Shown one piece after another: positions 12,351 to 24,077 of a stretch of 64,000 nucleotides of DNA; positions within the stretch are counted from its first letter, which is position 1, and every line of letters starts with the position of its first letter. Source of the stretch: Mobula hypostoma (Eukaryota); contig NC_086108.1 in the NCBI RefSeq assembly GCF_963921235.1, forward strand, positions 83,268,001 to 83,332,000, in the 5' to 3' direction. Made by a program: the position numbers and the translations under genes. The notes beneath the pieces are model-generated. The model was given only the letters and a program-made list of their open reading frames with translations, was not told the DNA's origin and did no database searches.

Positions 12351-13924
12351 TTCTCCGGGTCCAGAGGAAGTTCATGAGAATGATTCCAGGAATGAAAACG
12401 TTAACATACAAGGAATGTTTGAAAGCATTTTGTGCAGATTTTATTATCAGGGAGACTGGAAGTCTCCCAGAGTTCCCACATCTCGTACAAAGAAGTTATC
12501 TCACCCACATCAGCTATGTACTAATAGTCAGAGAAAGAGAAAAAAAACTTATTAGAATATAGAAACTTTGCCTGTTCATGCCCAAGTTTGTTGAGCCAAA
12601 GCCTGACCACTCTACCACTGCCCCACTCACGCAATGGCTGCTTCCGCTATGGCCGCTCCGCTAACACCTTGCTTCCTTTTATGTCTTTGGTACCAATATG
12701 TACAACGACTACCACCCTCCTCCGTTATAATGCTGTGGACCTGATCAAGACATTCCTGACCCTGGTACATGCAAAGCAATATATCATCTGGGTGTCTCTC
12801 TCACATCCAAAGGATCTCCTGTTTGCTCTTCTACCTATGAAATCCCAATCACTACTGCACACTTCTTCTCCCAAGCCAAGTGCTTAATAAATAGTTATGA
12901 TTGCAGCCCACTGAAAAGTCACACAAAGTCCTGGGTTCTTTTTAAAACTCTCACTGTCTCTGCTACAAACAAGTGCTCACAATGATGTCCCGAAAGGTCC
13001 AGATACTCCATCCGCTAGGTGACTTGTACAACCCTGAATTGATGTTGTTATGGCTTTGCACTTCATTGTCTACATGCACTGTACTTTCTATGTAACTCAA
13101 ACACTTTATTCTGTATTATATTCTTTTACCTTGTATTACCTCAATGAACTGTTGCGATGATCAAGGACAACATGCAAAACTATTTTTTTCCACTGTCGCT
13201 TGGATTATGTGACAATAATAAACCAATTCACCGACCCTTTTCAAAATTCCATCTCATTCAAGTAGATTGAAAAGCTGCCCTAATGCTTGGCCTGAAATAA
13301 TACGAGTGGGGATTAGCTCCCTATTATATCTTTATAAAAATATAGAACTTCGGGTTAGAAAATGGTTTCATTCTTGAGAACTGTTCATAAATCAGACTAT
13401 TTGCAAGTCGTAAATGAACAACCGTGCACAGGAGAGAACAAGCTGCGACAGGAGACCAAGCAAAACAGCTACAAAGTGACCTTGCCAGCTCGGTGAGTTC
13501 GCACTCTCAGCTCTGCCCAACCCAGTTCCTGATTGGTGAGACTCAGGTTGGGGGATGGTATGGACTGGGGTTTGGAACGGTGGAGGGAAGGGAAGGAACA
13601 GAAAAATGTCCTATTCTATTCCCACCTAGCAGAAGATGCTTGCAACCTCACAGGGGCCAACAAACATATTGTGCTGGTCTCCTAAATGCTCTAATGTACG
13701 TGTGTGGTCCATAAGTTAGGCAATCATAAACTAAATTAGAGAACATTACACCAAATGAGTACTCTGGTTATTTCACACTTGAATGTTTGTCTCATTCACA
13801 TTCTGGAACAGACATTGCACAATGTGTATGGCCAGATGATGTGGATTCATGTGATGGAAGGTGTGCAAAGGACCATGAGGTAATTCCTATCTGAGTTAAT
13901 ACGAAAGTATAGAATACTACTTGC

Positions 13925-13968
13925 CTCTGCAGAAGCTGTGGTGTGGGCAGACGCCTTTCTGGGGCATT
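13925..13968 (-). CDS. MKNK1: MKNK1 44-nt exon (NAPERRLPTPQLLQR) with GC donor
   Basis: tag|AAT GCC CCA ... CAG AG|gcaagt; matches human QAPEKGLPTPQVLQR. Confidence 0.92.
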
Positions 13969-15061
13969 CTACAATGAAAGAGAAAATTAACAGTATGATA
14001 AATATTTGATTTTAATTTCAAAAAGCTTTCCTTAAAATAACTTAAAAATAATATTGGGAACAAAAAGAATGCAAAATTTTGGCAAAATTGAATACAAGGG
14101 AATATTTTAAAAAGATAATATTGGTTTTGGTATGTTTTTATACAGAATAATGAGAGATATACACCTACAACAATATCCTGAAGTAGTTTCTCAAATTATG
14201 TTAAACTTTGGGTCAAGTTCAGCAAAACTGAATTGGAATAATTAACTTGGTGATCACTGGAATCCAAAGCAACAATTTGATTGTCTTAAGATCTCTGATC
14301 TATTTAAGAGGCAAAAGATGCTTATGTTCCCTGACATCAACAAATGCTTCAGGTGTTAAATGAAATAATGATTCATGATCTGTTCAGGAAAAAAAAAGCA
14401 CACACTTTTTAAAATGGCAAAAGTCCTTCCTGTTTCACAATAGGAATGGCTAAAATTGGAATAAATAGAATTTATATAGTGCCTCTCACAACCTCAGAAC
14501 ATGTCAAAGTGAATTACAGCTATTAAATACCAGTAATATAGGACAGGCAGCAACCAAAATATTCTGCAAGCTTTTGGAAATAGTAAATTATCTGTTCCAA
14601 TAATGTTGACTGAGGGATATTACTAGTCCAAAGACTGGGATCTTTAATCTGCTCAGCCTTGAAATAATATAATGGTATCTTTATGAACATTATCTTATCA
14701 ATAACAGAAAAATTGAGGTGTCTTAAACTGAAAAGCGTGGACGAAAAGATCACAATTTCACTGATTATTATCAGTTATGGAATAATTTTGAAAGTGCGAT
14801 TTCTATGACAAGAAATATTCCAACAGCAAACTTTGGCCTACATATTGAAATAATGCAGGATATAGTGCATTGTGAAACAGTAAATGTAAAAGTTGGGTTA
14901 TGGTTACTAACTGACTAGACAAACTTTGTGATATTTAAATATGATATTACCAAAAACCACAATTAAACCAATTAAAATCCTCTGGCACATTTTTATGAAC
15001 AAATGCATTCAGTTAAGGGCAGTATGCTAATTAGTATATCAAATAACCTATTTTATTCCTA

Positions 15062-15280
<219 letters not shown>

Positions 15281-15718
15281 CTAACAGCAAAACAAACAAT
15301 CTCCTAATTGCTCAATTAATAATGTCTGGGTGACTGTCCCAGAAAATAGTCAGTTCCTACATCAAATTATGACAACTTCTTTCTAAGACCAGGCTAGAGA
15401 AGCATCTGGAAGATTTTTTTTTTGGGGGGGTGAGAGCTTGTAGTTGGGTGGCAGAGTGGGTTGAACAGCGGGGGGGGGGAGGGAGGGGTGGAATCGATCC
15501 TTTGTTCAATTCCTAGTGACCCGTGCAGGGACTTTCATCATCAGCAACATTAGTAAAGGCATAATCTACTAAAAATTGGACACAAACCACCAACATTTAA
15601 GCATGTAAGCAAAAAAAAAACCCAACTGGATGAAGTACATAAGTGATCCACTTAAATAACAACACATCCAAGAGAAAGGAGAGGGAAGTGATAAGAGTAT
15701 GCTCGCTTGTCATCCTTA

Positions 15719-16048
15719 TGTAACACGCTGTAAAGTTTCACTGTTAATGTAATGGCCGGCGCTGCTTAGAGGAAGTCAATGGGGAATGAATGGATGGAAC
15801 TGTGAGCTCCAATGTGTGCTTTAGATTGTTTCATTAAAATGGGCCCTTTTTCTTTACTAACCCTATAGTCAGATTATAAAGTTAAATCGTTTAATTCCAC
15901 ATGGTGTACTGTCTGATATTTTGCAGTACGGATTTGCAACTGGGCAACGCATCACGCAGCATCCACACAAACGAGATTTCTCAGTTTGACCGGGCCAGAG
16001 GCTGTCTTCCCCTAGACAAATGCATGCTGGCCGAACCGAAGGGTTACA
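15719..16048. mobile_element. Solo LTR (330 bp)
   Basis: Starts TGTAAC, ends GTTACA; exact 4-bp TSD CTTA at 15715-15718 and 16049-16052. Confidence 0.75.
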
Positions 16049-17394
16049 CTTATATCAAGACAGACATGTGAATGAAGCGACAATCAAAATTTTTACCAAG
16101 AATAATGGAGCAATGAAAAGAACCTCTATCACTTCTAATTAAGGACATGGTTTACATTAGCAGTGTTCCGTGGTCAGCAAAATATTCATAGTTTTATTGC
16201 ATCTTTCATCATTCCATTGTACTCATTGCATTTATTTACAGACTGTATCAGATCATACTGGCATCATTGCATTGATTATTCCTTCACCATATATTAGTAA
16301 TACCCTGCAAATAACATCTATTAAATTACAGTCCACTTACCAAATAAATTGCAAGCAAGAGAATAACTGCAACTGGGAAAATAGAATCCTGATAAACTAT
16401 AAACTCTGTGAATTTCTTTATGACTACTAATTTATTATTGACTATTAATTACTTTTTAAAAAATGTTTAAACCTGAAAACATTTTTGACTCGTTACAACT
16501 ATATAATCAATGTACAGCCAGATAGTCTTGAGTATTACAGAAATGCTTTGCAAATGTACTAAGTTTCCAGTTTCATAGAAAGAACTTGCTCATATCTTAA
16601 GACTTAAATGCCCAAGAGGACTGTTTACCTTCGAAGTATTCAATCTCAGATTGATTTTAATATTTTAGCTTTACCAAGACTGTTATGATTTATGATTGTT
16701 GAGATTTTCTAAACTTTTAGAGAATTTAGTTCAATATATTATCTCATCTGCTTTTTAGAATACTTTGCTTTCTCATTGCTTAAACAGTGTACAGTAAAAC
16801 AGCGAATAAATACCAACACTGATGGATTAAAAAATTAACAATCAAAATCTCAGTGAGAAAAATCTGTGAAAATCGAAGTGGCAAGCTAATGAACTTCCAC
16901 CAAGAAATATTTTGTGTTTATATATGAACTCTGTGGAAGCATCGCTGGTTCCAAATTAGTGAAGAACATGATGGGAAATACAGGTCCTTGTGAACTTGTT
17001 GTTAAAATAAGGACTCAGATTATGAGATGAAAGGAGACTTTGCAGCTGTAAGCAAATCAACAAAAAACAGAGAGGAAGGGTGTTGCAATTTATCCTGTAG
17101 ACAAAATGTAGGAGAGGAAAAGTCCTTAGTGTATACAGAATTGTTGTTGGAGTAACTGAAAATAAGGAGATTCAGGGGATGAAAGACTATCCAGTTAGTT
17201 CCTGGGAAACAAAATACTACAGTTAAAGTGTGATATCAATCTGACTGGGAGGTGCTTACTGGAAACCTGTGCTATCTGCACCATTGAATTCAAATAAGAA
17301 TACTCATATCAGACACTGCCCCATTTTCTTGTAATGACATTCTTCAGTTTCATCAATAATTTTCTCTTTTACAAATACGCCATGCTCCTGACTA

Positions 17395-17640
<246 letters not shown>

Positions 17641-18054
17641 TTAGTACAATCATTAGAATACCAAAATAATTAAGCATTTATTTTTAAGTTGTCACACAAA
17701 ATAAGACTTGGTTTGATTAACTCTAAACCATATTACTGTTCTTAGTGTTTTAAACTGTAGACCGCATGGGTATTTTTTTTTATTCAACACGTCATATAGA
17801 TGATTAGGATATATACAAATTTGTTCAATACTTTACAACATATCTAGTAAACTGTATTTGCAAAAGCAGTATTTTAACAGAGTTGCATAGAATTTATGAA
17901 AGGAAAATAATTTCTCCAGAGCTGGTGATTATAATTCAATCACGCATGATTCGGCACCATAGGGCATTTTTACAGAAAGAAAAAACAGCCCTGTTTCAAT
18001 GAACTTTATAACTATTTACCAAATGCCACTGCATTGTAAACACCAACTCTTAGT

Positions 18055-19220
18055 CATAGAATACCACAGCACAGAAAAAGACCTTTCATTAAGACAGCAA
18101 ACATTTCATCCTCTTCTATAATCTGTATATGGTCCATGAACACTCTGATCTTCCAGGGAACCAATTCTGTCCCTTGCTATCCTTTTGATCTTAATGTATC
18201 TGTAGAAGCCCTTGGAATTCTCCTTCACCTTCTGTGCTAGTGCAACCTCATACTTTCTTTTAGTCCTCCTGATTTCCTTTTAAGTGTTCTCTTGCATTTT
18301 TTATACTCCTCAAGCACCTCATTTGTTCCTACCTTCTTATGCACCTCCTCCTTTTTCTTAACCAGGGTCTCAATATCATTCAAAAATCATGGTTCCTTAA
18401 TGCTGTTATCCTTGCATTTTATTCTAACAGGAACATACAAACTTTGTACTCTCAAAATTTCACTTTTGAAGGCTTTCCACTTACCAAGTAAACCAAGTAA
18501 ACCTTTCCCAGAAAATAACATGCTCCAATCCACACTTTCCAGATCCTTTCTGATATTATCAAAATTGGCCTTTCGCCAATTTAGTCTCAACCAAAGGACT
18601 AGACCTATCCTACTCCATAATAAACCTGAAACTAATGGCATTATGATCACTAAATATGAAGTGTTCCCCGACACAAACTGCTGTCACCTGCCCTGTATCA
18701 TTCCCTAACAGGAGTAGTAGTATCACACTGTCTCTAGTTGCGACTTCTGTGCACTGATTAAGGAAACTTTCTTGAACACATTTGACAAACTCTATCCCAC
18801 CTAGCCCTCTTATAGTATGGGATACTCAATCAACGTGTGGAAAGTTAAAATCACAACCTTATTATTATCACATACCTATGTTTCTTGGAACAGACAGCAA
18901 TCTCTCTACAAATTTGCTCCAAATCCCATGGACTGATGATCTATTACACAATTCTATTAACATGGCAATCCCATTCTTATTCCTCAATTCCACCCATTAG
19001 GTCTCAGTAGATGAGCTCTCCAATCTGTCCTGTCGGAGCACTGCCATGATATTTTCCCTGACCAATAATGCCACCCCCTCCTTTAATCTCTCCCACTCTA
19101 TCACACCTAAAATAACAGAATCCCAGAACATTGAGCTGCCAGTCTTGCCCCTCCTGCAACCAATTCTCACTAATGGCTACAATGGCATACTTCCACATGC
19201 TGATCAATGCCCTAAACTCA
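18055..19220 (-). mobile_element. Degenerate CR1 fragments (EN region)
   Basis: ORFs 18387..18674 (LNWRKANF) and 19004..19207 (VAISENWLQEG). Confidence 0.75.
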
Positions 19221-19583
19221 TACTTGGATTTTCAGAAGCCCTTTGACAATCTGCTGTGCATGAAGCTACTTGACCAGATAAAAGCCCATAGTATTATGGG
19301 AAAGATACAAGCATGAATAGAAAATTGGCAGAATGGCAGGAGGCAAAGAATGGGAATAAAGGAGGTCTTTCCTGATTGGCTGTCGATGATTAGTGGTGTT
19401 CTGCAGGGGTCAGTGTTGGGACCGCTACTTTTCATGTTATATGATATGAATATACTGTAGGTGAAGGGGCAGTTAGTGTTAAGGAAGTTGGGAGTCTGCA
19501 GTGGGGCTTGCAGATTGGGAGAATGGGCAAAGTAGCAGATGGAAAATAGTGTAAGGAAGTGTAGAGTCAAGCACTTTGGTATA

Positions 19584-21192
19584 CAGGTGTCCCCCGCTTT
19601 TCGAACGTTCGCTTTACAAAACCTCACTGTTACGAAAGACCTACATTAGTACCCTGTTTTTGCTTTCAGAAGGTGTTTTCACTGTTACGAAGAAAGGCAG
19701 CGTGTGATAAGAAATCAGCGCGCGATAAAAGGCAGCGCGCGCCCCGAGCAGCCACTCTTTCACGGATTCGGAATGGCATTGCTTTAACACGTTGCATTGA
19801 GCCGCCGTTAGCAAGATGAGTTCTAAGGTGTCGGAAAAGCCTGGAAGAGTAAGGGTGTTACACTTAGCGTAAAACTAGACATAATTAAGCATTTCGATCG
19901 AGGTGAACAAAGTAAGGACAAAGTGAGTTTGGCTGGTGGAAGCTGACGAAGATGATGTTGAAGAGGTTTTGGCATCCCATAACCTAGAACTGATAGATGA
20001 AGAGCTGACGCAATTGGAAGAGGAAAGGATAACAATTGAAACCGAATGCAACCGAATGCAGAAAGTGAAGTAACTGCGTGAGATTTTCGCTGCAATGATA
20101 AAATACGACTTTAATTTTGAAAGGGTACGTAGGTTTAGGGGATATTTGCAGGATGGTTTGAGTGCTTACAAACAAGTGTATGATAGAAAAGTGCGCGAGG
20201 CTCAGCAGTCAAGCAAGCCTTCCACATCAGCCACAGCCGACGACGAACCTCAACCTTCGACATCGAGGCGGGCAGTCATAGGAGAAGATGAGCTGCCTGC
20301 CCTGATCGATGATGAGATGACACCCCCGTGTCCCACCACCCCAACACTTGGGCCCCGGACAGATACTGTACTGATTCACGGAGAATGCAGCAGTAGCCGG
20401 GAGGCACACAGCACATCTTCAAGAAAAAAGCCGAAATAAACATGTTAATTAATTAGGTGCTGCCTAGCACGTAATTGTCGGCCCAGATCAGAGGCAATGC
20501 AATCGGAAATCGCCTCTGATCTGCGCTGACATTTACATGCCGGGCAGCACCTAATTAATTAGCGTGTTTATTTTGGCTTTTTTCTTACCAAGATGAGCTG
20601 GGTGCCTCCCGGCTACCGCTGCATTCTTCGCGGCAATGTATCGGGTCGGCAGCCCGGAGGGTGGGGGCCACTGCACCACCCAGCCTGCAACGACTCAGTC
20701 TAACACACCATCATCAGTGTGCTCGGCGCTGTTTTCCCAATTCCGATAAGTGATACTACACAGTACATACATTATTTCTACTTTATATAGGCTGTGTATT
20801 TTTATGTGTTATTTGGTAGATTTGGCAGCTTCATAATTTAAAGGTTACTGGACAGCGCGTTTATGCCAACAGCGCTTGTGTGAGATTTTCTGCCGAGAGC
20901 GCTTGCGTGAGATTTTTGCTACGGAGATGTGTGCAGGCAATCGTTGTAGAGAAGTATTTCTACTTTATATAGGCTGTGTATTTATCATATCATTCCTGCT
21001 TTAACTATATGTTACTGTTGTTTTCCGTTTTATGTGTTATTTGGCATGATTTGGTAGGTTATTTTTGGGTTTGCGAACGCTCACAAAATTTTCCCATATA
21101 AATAAATGGTAATTGCTTCTTCGCTTTATGACATTTCGGCTTACAAACCGTTTCATAGGAACGCTCTAGCTTCAGATGGCAGGGGAAACCTG
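19584..21192 (+). mobile_element. Tigger/pogo-type DNA transposon, internally deleted
   Basis: TIRs CAGGTGTCCCCCGC / gcaggggaaacctg with TA on both sides; transposase remnants VTLSVKLDIIKHFDRGE (HTH-psq-like) and DVEEVLASHNLELIDEELTQLEEER. Confidence 0.85.
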
Positions 21193-21291
21193 TAAGGAAT
21201 AAAGGTGTAGACTATTTTCCAAATAGGGAGAAAATTCAAAACTCAAGAGGTGTAAGGGGACTTGAGAGTCCCTGTGCATAATTCTGTAAAG

Positions 21292-21635
21292 CAGGGGTCC
21301 CCAACCTCCGGGCGCAGACGGATACTGGGTCGCAAAGCATGCAGGGGTGCAGCGGTAGCTGGGACGCACCCAGCACATCTTTAAGAAAAAAGATTAAATA
21401 AACAAGATAATTAATTAGGTGCCGCTCGGCACGTAAATATCGGCCCAGATCAGAGGCAATTGCCAATTGCGTAAAGCAAGCGAAATCAGCAATCACCTCT
21501 GATCTGGGCCGACATTTATGTGCCGGGCAGCACCTAATTAATTAGCTTGTTTATTTCAGCTTTTTTCTTAAAGATGTGCTGCATGCATCCCGGCTACCAC
21601 TGCACGCTTCACAGCCCGGAGATTGGGGACCACTG
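21292..21635. mobile_element. hAT (Charlie-like) MITE with long internal palindrome
   Basis: TIRs CAGGGGTCCCCAACC / GATTGGGGACCACTG; 8-bp TSD ctgtaaag / ctataaag. Confidence 0.85.
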
Positions 21636-21715
21636 CTATAAAGGATACCTTGCAGGTCGAGTCACTGGCAAGGAAGGACATGGAATGTTAGCATTTATTT
21701 TGAGAAGACTAGAAT

Positions 21716-22105
21716 GTAATGACTGCACAGCCAAACACCCAAGCAGTCACATCATCAAGTTCACCAATGATACGCCAATGAACTCACCCCGTACCCCCTC
21801 CCTTACACTTACATCAGCGGTTCACCAGTGGAAACTGCAAGCAGTTTCAAACTCCCAGGAAACCTCTCACAGTCCCAGAACACGTCGTACACAGTCAAGA
21901 GAGCTCACCAATGGCTCTACTTTGTGAGAAGTTTGAAGAGAGCTAGATCTTGCACATCCAGATTCCCCATCATTCTACAGATGCACATTAGGGAGTATCA
22001 TTACAAGCTGCATCATTGCATGGTATGGAAAAGCCACAGCAGCAGACAGGAAGACTCAACTGCCCAATGCATCACTGGCACCAATCTACTCACCATCAAG
22101 GACAT
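21716..22105 (+). mobile_element. Rex1/Babar-like LINE RT fragment (continues at ~25195-25500 after the Tc1)
   Basis: DCTAKHPSSHIIKFTNDT and AHQWLYFVRSLKRA motifs. Confidence 0.65.
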
Positions 22106-22489
22106 AAAGTATTCATTCCTCCCACCCCCGCTTGGAGGTTTTCATGTTTTATTGGTTTACAACATTGAATCAGTGGATTTAATTTGGCTTTTTTGACACT
22201 GGTCAACAAAAAGTACTTTTTCATGTCAAAGTGAAAATTTCAACAAATTGGTCTAAATTTATTACAATCATTAAACACAAAATATTTGATTGCATAATTA
22301 ATTATCAACCCCCTTCAAGTCAGTATTTAGTAGATGTACCTTTGGCAGCAGTTACAGCCATGAGCCTGTGTGGATATGTCTTTAAAAACGCAAACACGAG
22401 GAAATCTGCAGATGCTGGAAATTCAAGCAAAACACATCAAAGTTGCTGGTGAACACAGCAGGCCAGGCAGCATCTCTAGGAAGAGGTAC

Positions 22490-22525
22490 AGTTGACGTTT
22501 CGGGCCGAGGCCCTTCGTCAGGACT
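22490..22525 (-). ncRNA. Minimal hammerhead ribozyme core (left arm)
   Basis: AGUC-CUGACGA-A-GGGC(CUCG)GCCC-GAAAC-GUC-AACU; one mismatch in stem I. Confidence 0.6.
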
Positions 22526-22576
22526 AACTGAAAGAAGAGCTAGTAAGAGAATCTCTTACTAGCTCTTCTTTCAGTT

Positions 22577-22612
22577 AGTCCTGACGAAAGGTCTCGGCCC
22601 GAAACGTCGACT
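22577..22612 (+). ncRNA. Minimal hammerhead ribozyme core (right arm)
   Basis: AGUC-CUGACGA-A-AGGU(CUCG)GCCC-GAAAC-GUC-GACU; one mismatch at the base of stem II. Confidence 0.6.
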
Positions 22613-22942
22613 GTACCTCATTCTAGAGATGCTGCCTGGTCTGCTGCGTTCACCAGCAACTTTGATGTGTGTTGCTTGGATATGTCTTTATCAGTTTTGC
22701 ACATCTGGACACTCCAATTTTTCCCAGTTCTTCTTTACAAATGGAATCTGTGCAAGCTCTATCAGATTGCCTGGGGATTGTGAATGAACAGCCCTTTTCA
22801 AGTCTGGCCACAAATTCTCAATTGGATTGAGGTCCGGACTGTGACTTGGTCACTCCAGGACATTAACTTTGTTGTTTTTAAGCCATTCCTCTGTAGCTTT
22901 ATGCTTGAGCCTTGCCGGAAAACAAATAGTCTCAAATTGCAG

Positions 22943-24077
22943 ACTTTGATAAGGTCCCACATAGGAGATAAGTGGGCAAAATTGGAGCACATGGTATTGG
23001 GGGTAGGGTACTGACATGGATAGGAAATTGGTTGGCAGACAGGAAACAAAGAGTAAGGATTAACAGGTCCCTTTCAGAATGGCAGGCAGTGACTAGTGGG
23101 ATACCGCAAGGCTCGGTGCTGGAATCACAGCTATTTACAATATACATTAATGATTTAGATGAAGGGGTTAAAAGTAACATTAGCAAATTTGCAGATGACA
23201 CAAAGCTGGGTGGCAATGTGAAATGTGAGGAGGAGGAGGCGAGTGGGCAGATGCAGTTTAATGTGGATAAATGTGAGATTATCCACTTTGGTGGCAAGAA
23301 CAGGAAGGCAGATTACTATCTAAATGGTGTCAAGTTAGGAAAAGGGGAAGTACAACGAGATCTAGGTGTCCTTGTTCATCAGTCACTGAAAGTAAGCATG
23401 CAGCTACAACAGGCAGTGAAGAAGACTAATGGCATGTTGGCCCTCATAACAAGGGGAATTGAGTATAGGAGCAAAGAGGTCCTTCTGCAGTTGTACAGGG
23501 CCCTGGTGAGACCACATCTGGAGTATTGTGTGCAGTTTTGGTCTCCAAATTTGAGGAAGGACATTCTTGCTATTGAGAGAGTGCAGTGTAGGTTCACGAG
23601 GTTAATTCCCGGGATGGCGGGACTGTCATATGTCGAAAGATTGGAACGACTGGGGTTGTATACACTGGAATTTAGAAGGATGAGAGGGGATCTGACTGAA
23701 GCATATAAGATTGTTAAGGGATTGGACACGCAAGAGGCAGGAAACATGTTCCTGACGTTGGGGTAGTCTAGGACCACAGGTCACAGTTTAAGTATAAGGG
23801 GTAGGCCATTTAGAACGGAGTTGAGGAAAAACTTTTTCACCCAGAGAGTGGTGGATCTGTGGAATGCTCTGCCTCAGAAGGCAGTGGAGGCCAATTCTCT
23901 GGATGCTTTCAAGAAAGAATTAGATAGAGCTCTTAAAGATAGTGGGGTCAAGGGATTATGGGGAGAAGGCAGGAACGGGGTACTGATTGTGGATGATCAG
24001 CCATGATCACAGTGAATGGCATTGCTGGCTCAAAGGGCCAAATGGCCTACTCCTGCACCTATTGTCTATTATCGTCT
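22943..24077 (+). mobile_element. 5'-truncated CR1 inserted in Tc1
   Basis: ORF 22972..23766 (PQGSVL, KFADDTK, LVRPHLEYC); tail attgtctatt; TSD attgcag (22936-22942 / 24078-24084). Confidence 0.9.

Larger units (their letters stand above)
19221..21715 (+). mobile_element. Degenerate CR1 RT fragment split by a Tigger element and a hAT MITE
   Basis: YLDFQKPFD at 19221 and ctgcaggggtcagtgttgggacc; ...cactttggta|aggaataaagg rejoins across the Tigger insertion. Confidence 0.7.
22385..22676. mobile_element. Penelope-derived palindromic element with a hammerhead core in each arm
   Basis: ~125-bp arms (22425-22550 / 22552-22677) with a 1-nt centre; exact 14-bp TSD tggatatgtcttta (22371-22384 / 22677-22690). 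Confidence 0.85.

Noticed and set aside
1..13900. Final MKNK1 coding exon (NSST.DL..FAAEA.A..RQ-like)
   Set aside because: Not found by eye on the minus strand; the region is almost all TE-derived, so the exon probably lies left of the window.
15413..15491. T and G homopolymer runs with G4 potential
   Set aside because: Low-complexity and prone to sequencing error; nothing supports a function.
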